A stretch of 64,000 nt of DNA from Mobula hypostoma. Its lineage: Eukaryota. A program made the position numbers and the translations under genes. Positions 39,876 to 53,250 of this stretch are shown here, piece by piece (the first letter of the stretch is position 1; each line of letters opens with the position of its first letter). The notes under the pieces are model-generated. The model did not search any database, was not told the DNA's origin, and saw only the letters and a list, made by a program, of their open reading frames with translations. The stretch spans positions 52,330,001 through 52,394,000 of the forward strand of contig NC_086097.1 of NCBI RefSeq assembly GCF_963921235.1, in the 5' to 3' direction.

Positions 39876-41682
39876 TGACCTGCCCAGCCTGAAAATCAGG
39901 CCACTCTGAACAGTGATGTTGTTTTATCAATGTGGACATATTATTGTCCACAGATTTTTTAACAAAAGTCTGGAAGCTACAGGGATGTGCATGTTTAAAG
40001 AATCTTGTCACCTTATTGGTAATGGAAGCAGAAGAACTATCTTGAGAAAATAGAGATTCTAAAACAGCTTAGAATGAAACAGTGTAGAGATGTCACATTT
40101 TTTTGCTCCTGCGAAGATCGTAAATTATGATTCATAGTTTAATGTCTAAAGTATGACAGTTGTTCAAAGAAAGGTAAATACAAGAAAGATGTATAATTTT
40201 ATTGGAATGCTAATTGTTCTTCAATATAATTTTATTTAAGTTAAATGGACAAGTAAGCAAACAAACAAGATCTGTCGTGTTGTACTTTAACATTTGGTTA
40301 TGTGCTTTTTGCATTAGAGTAGCACCATAAAATGCTGGACTTTGCTTTGACAGCTGATTTTCAAGGAAGAGAAATATTACTAATAAGAATTTAGCAAATG
40401 GAATGTCATTTGCAAGACAAAAGCTGGCAGCTTTGCATTTTCTTAGACTCTTAGTGCTCCTCTAACATGCGTATAATAGCTTAAAATTTCTGATAGTATC
40501 AGCAAATCATCTGCTTAGTGATTCTAATATTTGTGGTAGCAACAAAAGAACTGCATGAAAATATTTCAGCCTTTTGCCCTTTTAATTGAATTAGTTTAAC
40601 TGAACTGGTGAAGTGATATCAATATACAAAAGATAAAACGTTAACATCAATCACTAACGAAGCACAGCCAATTTCTTGATGGCCCTATTTTCTCACTAAT
40701 GCTTGTGAACACTATAAGAAATATTTGTCAGTGAATCATTTATAACAATTTATACCAACTTAACTATTGTAAAGTAGCAGGTAAAAATTGCATGCAAACA
40801 ATAGTACATAGACATACATGCCAATGTTTGGAAAACAAGACCAATTGTCAAAAGTAGCTTTGTATACGATATACTGGAAATAAAAATATTGATAAAGTCT
40901 CTCAATTGATTGGTTGAACAAAATAATTTTAATAGCCAAATGATTCCATTCCTTCATGTGGTCTTTTGGTATATTCTTACCCAAATGAAACCACAGAAAT
41001 GGTTTTTAAACAGTGTAATATGCAGATGAACAAAAGGATCTCAACTTTGTGAATGAGCAAATGATTTTACCTCAGACTATTACACCGCCTTTTAACAAAT
41101 CTTTTTTATATTTTCAGATATGTATTTTTACTCAATTGCTAATTTTCTTAGATCTGCATGTACTGACATCTGCCACTACACTGCTAAGCTAGCCCTCTGC
41201 TTCATTTCCAATTCAATACAAGGAGTGGTTTACCATAGTACTAGGTGCACATTAGTGGAGAAAAGTAGAGATCACCATAAAACAACAATACATTAACCAA
41301 GTCAATTGCATTGAAAACATTACAAAATAAGAAAGAATGACATGTATGACTATGGCTCATTGAGTCTAATTTTTCTGTAAATTTGTGTTCATGGCAGCAG
41401 TGAGTTTTATTGCCTGTATGGGACAACAGGAATGCTAAGTGTGACAGCAAGAAGAAAAGGGATGTGTGAATTCTCTTAATGAGTATAATGTAAAAATATG
41501 TATTGTATTTCTGGTTGTATACCTTTGTCAGCTTTGTATAAGAAAACCTGAACAAAGTATGATGTAGTACACATTTTCATGACATGTGAACAATGTATCA
41601 GTTTTAAATAAAAACTTCAAAGCATTTCAGTTACATGGATTTTAAACAGCATAATTATGCATAATATTACCCACTTAATAAA
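39876..41682 (+). other. GNG2: Probable GNG2 3' UTR with candidate poly(A) signals
   Basis: AT-rich stretch after the stop with no recognisable TE. AATAAA at 41607-41612 and 41677-41682. The true 3' end cannot be determined from DNA. Confidence 0.6.
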
Positions 41683-43389
41683 TGTGATGAACCATTAATA
41701 TTTGGATATCAAACAAGGTGTTATTCTTGCAAAATTGACTGCCCTGTGGTTCATGTATTCAGTACGTTTTTTGAACCTGGAGATTCACAGTGAAACAGGC
41801 TGTCCATGATGATCATGTGATGAAACTTGGCAACCAGTTTTGCTGTTACTTGGAGAAGAATCTCATAAAGATGACAGTGACAGACTTTTCATTGATGAAG
41901 ACTGAGTAACGTACACTAAGTAAAGGGAGGAACAGTCAGTCTGTTCCAGACATGGCCAACATTGTCCAGATTTAGAGGAGCAGTATGGGAACAAGAGGGG
42001 ATCAGTTTTCCTGCTGCAGCCACAAAGATTCAAGCAAAATTCTATTTCTAGTTTCTTGAGCAGCTTGTGCCAACCTTTTTGAGGACTCTGGGTTTGTCTG
42101 TTCAATGCTAGTTTGAGGTCTGCTTGATTATCAAGTCGGTAGCACACAGAAAGTAATTGAGTGCAAATTTCCTACTACTGTATTCCATTTGCATTGAAAG
42201 GTAGTTTGTTAGGTTAGCAGAGAGAAGTCATTCAGCAGCAGCCAAAATCTCTTACAAAAAAAGTATTCTGGATCCGATCTGACTGGCAAATGCTGGCAGT
42301 TCCACATTGAATCATCACCATTCAAAGACAGCAAGCCTACATTCTGCCTTACAACGTCTACATAGAATTTCTCGAGTGCAGAAAACCCACACCGAATGAA
42401 CCCCAAATGCTGCTCCCTCGGTTAATATGGTCAGTTACAGTACTTTACCTGGGACGTGGCTCTTGGAAATCCCAGTTGAAGCCTTGCACAGTTTCAAAGT
42501 CAGATTGATTTCAATATGGAGAATAAGGTAAGTTTTTTTTTAAATATAGCATTAAAGTAGTTTTAAATATCAGAGACATCTAAAAACAATTTAAAATCCC
42601 CCACAACTTTGAGAGCCAGGTTCGCGGTTTTTTCACGGTGCTACCAGAAGCACTTGCAGCACTCGGGCCATGTTGTCGAGGATGTTTCAAAGAACAAATT
42701 CAATTCACTTTATTTTCAATGAAGAACTTTGGGCAGTGGTAAGGGAAACATCACAGAACTTAAGATACAGAAAACTGCATTACATATAGTTAACCACAAC
42801 ATAAAATACTCATAGATAATAAATACTAAAAATTAATGCATGTAATTTAAAATACACAATAAAACAGTGTTCTTTCTGTCAAAGGTGCTATGCATACTAT
42901 ATACTATATTAAAAAAATTGGGTGTTGAGGTGAATGGAGGAAGGCACAAAACTGGATAAGGCTCCTCTGGTGCTGATGGGCAAGGACCTGTAGCGGTGTC
43001 CAGATGGCATGAGAGTGTAATATGTGTGAAGTGTACATGCAATGTCCTCTACTATTTGTTATGCCTGCTTTTTCATCCGTCGCTTCTGGATGCTGCCAAG
43101 TGATTCTTGTTCCTGGCCAATGATTTTGGCCTCCACATCTTATCCAAGCAAGTAAAGGTGTGGGGATATCATGGGTGTTGGCTGGATCCGTATTGGGAAT
43201 GAGGTTTTGGCAAAATAGCGATAGAAGTTTTATTAAGTTATCTTCACAGTTTAAAAAAAATCAGGCTGCTTATTTTTGCAGAGAAAATACAGGAATACTG
43301 CAGCAATAGTATTAATAAAATATTAGAAATGGGAAGTCTTCTCAACTGAGGTAAATGAAACACTGGAATAATTTCCATAAGTGCTACAT

Positions 43390-44580
43390 TCAGAATCAGC
43401 ATCAAGTTTAAAATCACTGGCATTCAGTATGTTGTGAAATGTACTGAGGCAGCAGTATGTTGTGATACATAATAAAAATTATAAATCACAATATGAAGTA
43501 TTTCCAAAAAAGAAAATTAAATAAGCAGTGCAAAAAGAGAGGGAAAATACTGAGGTAGTGTTCATGGGTTCATTGTCCATTCAGATATCTGATGGCAGAG
43601 GAAGAAGAAGCTGTTTATGAAACATTGAATGTGTGTCTTCAGTCTCTGGTACCTCCTCCTTGATGGTAGCAATGAGAAGAGGGCATGTCCTGGATGATGG
43701 AGGTCTTTAATGATGGATGCGGCCTTTTTGAGGTATCACTGTTTGAAGGTGCTCTAGATGCTGGTGAGGCTAGTGCCATGGTGGAGCTGGCAGAGCCGAT
43801 AACATTCTGCAGGTTTTCTGATCCTGTGCAGTAGCCCCTCCATACCGGATGATGATGCAATCCATTAGAATACACTCCACTGTACACCTGTAGAAATTTG
43901 CGGGTGTTTGGTGACATACCAAGTTTCCTCAAGCTCCTAATGAAATGTAGTCATCATGCTGCTTGGCCTGCTGCGTTCACCAGCAACTTTGATGTGTGTT
44001 GCTTGAATTTCCAGCATCTGCAGAATTCCTGTTGTTTTAGTCATTATTGTGCCTTCTTTGTAATTGCATCAATATTGAGGCCCCAGGATAAGTTCTCAAA
44101 GATGTTGACACCCTGGAACTCGAAATTTCTCACACTTTTCACTGCTGATTCCTCAATAAGGACTGGTGTGTGCTCCCTCAACTTTCCCCTCCTGAGGTCC
44201 ACAATCAATTCTCTGGTCTTACGTTGAGTGCAAGATTGTGGCTGTAACACCACTCAAGCAGATGATCCATCTCACTCCTCTACGCCTCCTCATCACCTTC
44301 TGAAATTCTGCTGATAATAGTTGTGTTGTCAGCAAGTTTATAGATCGCATTTGAGCTGTGCCTAGCCACACAATTGTGGGTGGAGAGAGAGTAGAGCAGT
44401 GGGCTAAGCACACATCTTTGAGATACGCCAGTGTAGATTGTCAATGAGGAGAAGATGTTATTTCTGATCTGCACAGGCCTTGCGGTGAGTAAGTTAAGGA
44501 TTTGGTTACAAAGGGAGGTTCAGAGGCCCAGGTTTTGGAGCCTGTTGATTAAAACTGAGAGTAGGATTGTGTGGAACACT
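43390..44580 (-). mobile_element. Rex1-type LINE (family B) RT and 3' region, decayed
   Basis: TGVSQRCVLSPLLYSL...KLADNTTI and KTRELIVDLRR remnants. Confidence 0.85.
43955..44037 (+). mobile_element. Very short PLE 3'-end insertion inside Rex1
   Basis: Nearly identical to the PLE end at 16305-16371 and 36500-36563. TSD TAGTCAT at 43948-43954 and 44038-44044. Confidence 0.85.
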
Positions 44581-44639
44581 GACTCAGCAGGTCAAGTTGC
44601 ATCTGCGGAGAGCAATAAATAGTCAACATTTCTGGCCAA

Positions 44640-47600
44640 CGTTTGCAACCAATCAGTAGACAGGCTCGTGAGAAGAAGAGGTGGCCTCATACAGGTCTGC
44701 GAATGTGCTTCACGGCAGTTTTATGCGTTTGAACTGCAGCCAGTCAGTGAACTGGAGCGTGAAAAGAGGCGGCTTCACACAGGTTCATATTGAAGATGAG
44801 AAAAGCAGCTCTTCGAGGCAGTTGTTGGAGTTTGAACTGCAGCCAATCAATAAGTGGGATTCATTAACAAGGGTGAATAAAAATAAGGCAGAGGCAAGTG
44901 GAGCAACCATTGTGTAAGTGGGCCAGTGTTAGAATGGGGAGGCTTTGGCTCTGGCTTATCAAGCTTAGGTGGGATCAGGGTTGGGCGAGGTAAACATCTG
45001 GTAAGTTTCTTCTTCTTCACTCCCCATGTGTTAGAGTATTGTTAGAGCATTGAGAGTGACTTTGTGTAAGATGCGAAAATTATGGGAGACCCAGATAACC
45101 ACATCTGCACTAGGTGCAGTGAGCTACAGCCTCTCAGAGAACGTGTTAAGGAACTGGAGCTGCTGCTCGATGACATTCGACACACATATGGGCGACTGAG
45201 GAAATAATAGAAAGGAGGTACAGGGAAGCAGTCATCCCTGGGTTCCAAAAGGCAGGTAACTTGTTGACTGTCAGGAAAAGGAAGGGAAATAGGCAGCCAG
45301 TAAGTGTACCATTTTGGATGATGTTGAGGAGAACGACCTACTGGGGGGAGCTGCTGCAACTGGGTCTTTGCCTCTGAGTATGGCACTGAGCATCAGGAGC
45401 AGAGAGAGATGAACAGGACTGCAGTGGTGATAGGAGATTTCACTGTTAGAGGAATAGAGATGAGATTCTGTGGACACGATGGAGACACCCGGATGGTATG
45501 TTATCTTCTAGGTGCCAGGGTAAGGGATGTCTTGGATCAGGTCCTTGGCATTCTAAAGGGGAAGGGTGAGCAGACAGAAGTCTTGGTACATACTGGCACC
45601 ATTGACATAGATAGGAAAGGTGAGGAGGTCCTGAAGAGAGATTTTAGGGAGTGAGGTAGACAGCTAAAAAGCAGGGCTGCCAGGGTAGTAATCCCTGAGT
45701 TACTCCCCATTCCATGCAATGGTGAGGGTAAGAATAGGAGCATTTGGCAGATAAATGCATGGCTGAGGAACTGTTGAATGGGCAAGGGGTCCAGATTTCT
45801 GTTTCATTGATATGTCTTCTGGGAAATTTACAACCTGTACAAAAGGGATAGGTCACACCTGAACCCAAAGGGGACCAATATCCTTGCAGGCAGGCTTGCT
45901 AGGGCTGTTTGGGAGGGTTTAAACTAATTTGTCAGGGGGATGATAACTGGAGTGATAGTGCTGAGGATGGGGCAGTTGTTTTACAAACAGGCAGTGTGTA
46001 GTCTGACTGATCGCAAGGACAGGCTGATGATAGGGAAAAATTGCGGTCAACAGGAAGAGTTGCAATGAAAAAAGGGGCCAAAGTTGTAAAATGTGATGTA
46101 TACAGGACTGAAGGTGTTATATTTGAATACATGCAGTATATGGAAGAAGGTAGATGAACTTGTTAGACATTGGCTGGTATGATGTTGTGGGCATGACTGG
46201 GTCATGGCTGAAAGAAAATTATAGCTGGGAGCTTAACATCCAAGGATTAGGCAATTTAAGTAGTTTAGCACAGGCCTTTTCTATGCTGCCTGTTTATAGC
46301 AAAAGGACAGGCAGGTAGGTAGAGAGGGTGGGTGGCTCAAATCCTTAGAAAGAAGAAACATAGGATCGGAGGATGTAGAATCTTTGTGGGTAGAGCTAAG
46401 GAACTGCAAGGGTAAAAATACCTTGTTGGGACCTCCAAGCAGGCATGGCAAAAAGGCAATGTTATATTAGTCATGGGTGATTTCGATATGCAGGTAGATT
46501 GGGAAAATCAGGTTGCTGGATCCCAAGAGGGGGAGTTTGCAGAATGCCTACAAGATGGCTTCTTAGAGCAGCCCGTGGTTGAGCACACGAGAGGATCAGT
46601 TATTCTGGATTGGGTGTTGTGCAATGAACCAAATTTGATCAGAGAGCTTGAGCTAAAGGAACCCTTAGGGGAGTGATCATAATATGATAGAATTCACCCA
46701 GCAATTTGAGAGGGAGAAGCTAAAGTCAGATATATCAGTATTACAATGGAGTAAAGGAAATTACAGAAACATGGGAGAGGAGCTGGCCAAAGTTGATTGG
46801 AAGGGAACATTAGCAGGAATGACAGCAGAGAAGCAATGGCTGGAATTTCTGGGAGCAATTCAGAAGATGCAGGATATACATCCCAAAGAAGAAGGAGTAT
46901 ACTAAAGGCAGAAAGACACAACTGTAGCTGACAAGGGAAGTCAAAACCAAAGTCAGAGCAACAATTAGTCAGAAGATTTAGGATTGAGAAAGTTTTAAAA
47001 AAAACAACCAAAGGCAACGAAAATATTCATAAAGAAGGAAAAGATGGAATAAGAAGCTAAACTAGACAATAATATTAAAGAGGATACCAAATGTTTCTTC
47101 AGATATATAAAAAGGAGAGGTGAGAGTAGATATCAGACCACTGGAAAACGATGCTGGAGAGGTAGTAATGACGGGGGGGCAAGGAAATAGTGTTTGAACT
47201 GAATAAGTATTTTGCATCAGTATTTACTGTGAAAGACACTAGCAGTATGCCAGAAGTTCGAGAGTGTCAAGGGGCAGAAGTGAGTCAAGTTGCTATTATT
47301 AGGAAGAAGGTACTTGTGAAACTGAAAGGTTTCAAGATAGATAAATCACCTGGACCCCAGTTTACAATCCCAGGGTTCTAAAAGACGTGGCTGAAGACAC
47401 TGTGAAGGCATTAGTAATGATCTTCTGTGAATCAATAGATTCTGCCATGGTTACAGAGCACTTGAAAATTTGCAAATGTCACTCCACTCTTCAAGAAGGA
47501 AGAGAGGCAGATGAAAGAAAATTATAGGCCAGTTAGTCTGACATCAGCGATTGGGAAGTTGTAGTCAATTGTTAAGAATGTGTATTTCAGTGTACTTGGA

Positions 47601-48887
47601 GGCATATGATAAAATAGGCCAAAGTCAGCATGGTTTCCTTAAGGAAAAATCTTATCTAACAAATCTGCAGAAGTTATTTGAAAAAGTAGCAGGCAGGGCA
47701 GACAAAGGAGAATCAGTGGATGCTGTGCATTTGTATTTTCAGAAGGCCTTTGACAAGCTGTTGCACATGAGGCTGTTTAAAAAGTTAAGAGCCCATGGTA
47801 TTACAGGGAAGATAGTAGCATGGATAACCTTGAAGACGGCAAAGAGTGGGAGTAAAGGGAGCCGCTTCTGGTTGGCTGCAGTGACTGGTGGTGCTCCACA
47901 AGGATCTGTGTCGGTACCACTTCTTTTTACTTTATATGTCAATGATATGGATGATGGAATTGATGGCTTTCTGGCCAAGTTTGAGAACGATACAAAGATA
48001 GGTTGAAGGGGCAGGTAGTGTTGAGGAAGCAGGGAGGCTACAGAAGGACTTAGACAGTTTAGAAGAATGGGCAAAGAAGTGACAGATAGAATACAGCGTT
48101 GGGAAGTGTATAGACATGCACTTTGGTAGAAGAAGTAAAAGCGTAGACTATTTTCTAAATGGAAGAAAAATTCAAAAATCCGTGATGCAAAGGGAATTGG
48201 GAGTTCTCGTGCAGAATTCCCTAAAGGTTAATTTGCAGTGGTGAGAAATGCATATGCAATGTTAGCATTCATTTCAAGAGGACTAGAATATAAAAACAAG
48301 GATGTAATGTTGAGGCTTTATAAGGCACTGGTGAGGCCTCACTTGAAGTATTGTGAGTGGTTTTGAGCCTCTTATCTAAGAAAGGATTGCTGACATTGGA
48401 AAGGGTTCAGAGAAGGTTTACAGGAATCATTCCGGAAATGAAAGGGTTACCTTTCATATGGCAACCGGTTGATGACTCTGGGTCTGTACTCACTGGAATT
48501 CAGAAGGATGAGGGGAGTTCTCACTGAATGCTATCAAATGTTGAAAGACCTCAATAAAGTAGATGTGGAGAAGATGTTTCCAACATCGGAGAGTCTTGGA
48601 CCAAAGGGCAAAGCATCAGAATAGTGGGACATTCATTTAGAACGGAGATGAAGAGGAATTTCTCTAGCCAGAGAGTGATGAGCCCATGCAATTCATTGCT
48701 AAGGGTGGCTGTAGAGGCCAGGTAATTAGATATATTTAAGGCAAAGGTTGCTAGTCAGGACATTAAGGGTTATGAGGAGAAGACAGGAAATTGGTGCTGA
48801 GAGAGAAATTGATCAGCCATGATGAAATGGTGGAGCAGACTCCATGAGCCCATGGCCTAATTCTGATCCTCTATCTTATGGTCTTAT
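44640..48887 (+). mobile_element. Near-full-length decayed CR1 LINE including ORF1 (zinc finger/coiled coil and SGNH-esterase-like domain) and ORF2
   Basis: ORF1 remnants HICTRCSELQPLRERVKELE and AVVIGDFTVRG...LLGARVRD...VHTGT. EN (MGDFDMQVDW), RT (FQKAFDK, GAPQGSV) and tail tcttatggtcttatg. 5' boundary approximate. Confidence 0.88.
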
Positions 48888-49250
48888 GAACCCTTCATCA
48901 GTACTGGAAAGGAAGGGGACAGAAGCAAAATAAGAGACGGGCAAGGGGAAGGAATGCAAGCTGGCAAGTGATAGGTGGGACCAGGTGAAGGGGAAAGTGG
49001 GTGGGTGGGGGAGGGAGAATGAAGTAAGAAGTTGGGAGGTGATGGGTGGAAGAGATAAAGGGCTAAAGAAAATAAAATCTAATAGGAGAGGACAGGTGAC
49101 CATAGAAGAAAGGGATGGAGAAGAGAGATGATAGGCAGGGAAGCAGAAGAGAAGGCATGAAAGGGGAACCAGAACGTGGAATGGAAAAAGAGGGAAGCAG
49201 AAGGGAAAGGGGAAGGGGAAGGGGAAGGAGAGAAATTACAGAAAGTTTCA
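48888..49250 (-). mobile_element. Penelope-like element terminal remnant
   Basis: The minus strand has CTGATGAagggttc plus the pyrimidine-rich PLE 3' region. Confidence 0.7.
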
Positions 49251-49662
49251 TTGTAGTTTGCTGGAAATGAGAACCCTCAGCAAGACTAGCATTTATTGTC
49301 CATCACTAATTGTTCACAGAGGTGATGGTGATCCGCCTACTGGAGTCACCGCAGTTGATATGGAGGTGGAAGTATTCCCATAGTACTGTTGGTTAGGAGG
49401 TTCCATGATATGGACCCAATAGCAATAACGAAGGGGTCTTCTTCTTGTTCTTAAACCCATCACCCCTACTGAGGCATAGGCTCAGAGTCCTCTGTCCTAA
49501 GCTGACAGTAGGTTGATCAGCCCTGTGTCTTCCACTTTCACCACACAACTTTATTCATCATTCAGGCGAAGTTCCTTCTTCTCCTATGGTTCAGGTCTTT
49601 GGAGCTTCTGTTGGTGTTTCACGGCTTGGGGTTTTTTACAGGATATCTTGCTAGCCCCATGC

Positions 49663-52296
49663 CATAGAACATAGAACATGAAATAGTACAGTACAGTACA
49701 GGCCCTTCAGCCCATAATGTTGTGACGACCCTCAAACCCTGCCTCCCATATAACCCCCCACCTTAAATTCCTCCATATACCTGTCTAGTAGTCTCTTAAA
49801 CTTCACTAGTGTACCTGCCTCCACCACTGACTCGGGCAGTGCATTCCACGCACCAACCACTCTCTGAGTCAAAAACCTTCCTCTAATATCCCCCTTGAAC
49901 TTCCCACCCCTTATCTTAAAGCCATGTCCTCTTGTATTGAGCAGTGGTGCCCTGGGGAAGAGGCGCTGGCTGCCCACTCTATCTATTCCTCTTATTATCT
50001 TGTACACCTCTATCATGTCTCCTCTCATCCTCCTTCTCTCCAAAGAGTAAAGCCCTAGTTCCCTTAATCTCTGATCATAATGCATACTCTCTAAACCAGG
50101 CAGAATCCTGGTAAATCTCTTCTGTACCCTTTCCAATGCTTCCACATTCTTCCTATAGTGAGGCGACCAGAACTGGACACAGTACTCCAAGTGTGGCCTA
50201 ACCAGAGTTTCATAGAGCTGCATCATTACATCACGACTCTTAAACTCTGTCCCTTGACTTATGAAAGCTAATACTCCATAAGCTTTCTTAACTACCCTAT
50301 CCACCCATGAGGCAACTTTCAGGGATCTGTGGACATGTACCCCCAGATCCCTCTGCTCCTCCACACTACCAAGTATCCTGCCATTTACTTTGTACTCTGT
50401 TTCGGAGTTTGTCCTTCCAAAGTGTACCACCTCACACTTCTCCGGGTTGAACTCCATCTGCCACTTCTCAGCCCACTTCTGCATCCTATCAATGTCTCTC
50501 TGCAATCTTTGACAATCCTCTACACTATCTACAACACCACCAACCTTTGTGTCGTCTGCAAACTTGCCAACCCACTCTTCTACCCCCATATCCAGGTCGT
50601 TAATAAAAATCACGAAAAGTAGAGGTCCCAGAACAGATCCTTGTGGGACACCACTAGTCACAATCCTCCAATCTAAATGTTACTCCCTCCACCACGACCC
50701 TCTGCCTTCTGAAGGCAAGCCAATTCTGAATCCACCTGGCCAAACTTCCCTGGATCCCATGTCTTCTGACCTTCTGAATAAGCCTACCGTGTGGAACCTT
50801 GTCAAATGCCTTACTAAAATCCATATAGATCACATCCACTGCACTACCCTCATCTGTATGCCTGGTCACCTCCTCAAAGAACTCTATCAGGCTTGTTAGA
50901 CATGATCTGCCCTTCACAAAGCCATGCTGACTGTCCCTGATCAGACCATGATTCTCTAAATGCCCATAGATCCTATCTCTAAGAATCTTTTCCAACAGCT
51001 TTCCCACCACAGACGTAAGGCTCACCGGTCTATAATTACCCGGACTATCCCTACTACCTTTTTTGAACAAGGGGACAACATTCGCCTCCCTCCAATCCTC
51101 CGGTACCATTCCCGTGGACAACGAGGACATAAAGATCCTAGCCAGAGGCTCAGCAATCTCTTCCCTCGCCTCGTGGAGCAGCCTGGGGAATATTCCGTCA
51201 GGCCCCGGGGACTTATCCATCCTAATGTATTTTAACAACTCCAACACCTCCTCTCCCTTAACATCAACATGCTCCAGAACATCAATCTCACTCATATTGT
51301 CCTCACCATCATCAAGTTCCCTGTCATTGGTGAATACTGAAGAGAAATATTCATTGAAGACCTTGTTCACTTCCACAGCCTCCAGGCACATCTTCCCACC
51401 TTTATCTCTAATCGGTCCTACCTTCACTCCTGCTATCTTTTTTTTTCTTCACATAATTGAAGAATGCCTTGGGGTTTTCCTTTACCCTACTCGCCAAGGC
51501 CTTCTCATGCCCCCTTCTTGCTCTTCTCACTCCCTTCTTAAGATCCTTTCTAGCTTTCCTATTTTCTTCAATAGACCCATCTGATCCTTGCTTCCTAAAC
51601 CTCATGTATGCTGCCTTCTTCCACCTGACTAGATTTTCCACCTCACTTGTCACCCATGGTTCCTCCACCCTACCATTCTTTTTCTTCCTCACCGGGACAA
51701 ATTTATCCTTAACATCCTGCAAGAGATCTCTAAACATCGACCACATGTCCATAGCACATTTCCTTGCAAAATCCCAATTTACACCCGCAAGTTCCAGCCT
51801 TATAGCCTCATAATTTGCCCTTCCCCAATTAAAAATTTTCCTGTCCTCTCTGATTCTATCCTTTTCTATGATAATGCTAAAGGCCAGGGAGCAGTGCTCA
51901 CTGTCCCCCAGATGCTCACCCACTGAGAGATCAGTGACCTGACCCGATTCATTACCTAGTACTAGATCTAGTATGGCATTCCCCCTAGTCGGACTGTCCA
52001 CATACTGTGACAAGAATCCGTCCTGGACACACTTAACAAACTCTGCCCCATCTAAACCCTTGGAACTAACCAGGTGCCAATCAATATTAGGGAATTTAAA
52101 GTTACCCATGATAATATCCCTGTTATTTTTGCACCTTTCCAAAATCTGCCTCCCAATCTGCTCCTGTATATCTCTGCTGCTACCAGGGGGCCTATAGAAT
52201 ACCCCCAATAGAGTAACTGCTCCCTTCCTGTTCCTGACTCCCACCCATACTGACTCAAACGAGGATCCTGCTACATTACCAACCCTTTCTGTAACT
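49663..52296 (-). mobile_element. Young CR1 LINE, 5'-truncated; ORF2 in three frameshifted pieces (298, 257, 309 aa)
   Basis: EN and RT motifs very similar to the + copy at 34723-38255. The tail reads catagaacatagaac on +. Confidence 0.95.
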
Positions 52297-52859
52297 TTCT
52301 GCAACTCACTTAGTTGAAAGGATTGTCAGTAACATATTCAGGTCTGCCAGTGACCCAACCTTGTGCGGAAAAGTAAGCCACAAGGAGAGGCAGAGAGTTT
52401 GCAACGATCCCTGAGGTGATGACGGACATAGATACTGTTGGATGGGTTGTTGTCCCATATAGAGAGATTATGCTCACTTCAGATTAGAAGAATGGGAAGT
52501 GATATTATTGAAATGTAGGAAATTATTAAAAGACTTGCCCAAGATATTTTTCTAGATAGCTAGAACCAAGGATCACGGCTTCAAAATAAGTTTATCCACT
52601 CAGACTGAGATGAAAAATGAAGTTCTTTACCCAGGGGAAGGTTATTCTTTGTAATTCTATATCCAAGAGAAATATTCTGAGCATGTTAAAAAGCGAGATC
52701 AATAAGGGAATCATGGCATGTGGCTGTTGAGCAGGACCATCAGTCTGAGGTAAAAGACCAGCTATTATTTCATTGAATAATGTGGCAGTCATGAGAGAAA
52801 GAATACCCTACTCTCGCCTCTCTTATGTGCAAAGGGATATTTAGGATTCATTAGCAACA

Positions 52860-53250
52860 AGCTTCATCGGCCATCAGCCGAAGCTCGCGTGTAACGCGGT
52901 GACGTCATCCAAAGGGAACCGCTCGGCGAGTGACGCGGTGACGTCCCCCAGAGGGAACGTGCGACGGGGTCGATTCGCTGAAGCGACCTAGTAGCGTTGA
53001 CCTAATTGTTAGGCATTATTAAAGTAAACGTTAGCATGTTTCGGAGGAAACTAGCGGCTTTAGAGTATCATAACAGCGGCGTGTTTGACTGTAAAGGTAC
53101 GGCTGGGGGACTGGTTGCTGGTCCGTGACTGTGAAATGATTGATAGGCCCGGTGTAATAGGCTCCGGGGCCTCTGCGATGTGTTCTACGTGGATAGGGTG
53201 AAGTGATGCCGCACTCCGGGATAGAAAGAGGGGACCGACCTCTATATCGC
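52860..53250 (+). promoter_or_regulatory. RTRAF: CpG-rich RTRAF promoter / first-exon region with CRE site
   Basis: Local CpG enrichment against a CpG-poor background. Perfect TGACGTCA at 52900-52907 and further TGACG half-sites at 52931 and 52939. Surrounds the RTRAF ATG. Confidence 0.8.
53036..53096 (+). CDS. RTRAF: RNA transcription, translation and transport factor, coding exon 1 (MFRRKLAALEYHNSGVFDCK)
   Basis: Resembles the human RTRAF N-terminus MFRRKLTALDYHNPAGFNCKD (recalled). 61 nt, phase-1 donor G|gtacgg. Confidence 0.93.

Noticed and set aside
42600..43210. Slightly CpG-enriched patches that might be an exon or DNA transposon remnant
   Set aside because: The translations examined gave no recognisable protein, and no TIR or TSD was found.
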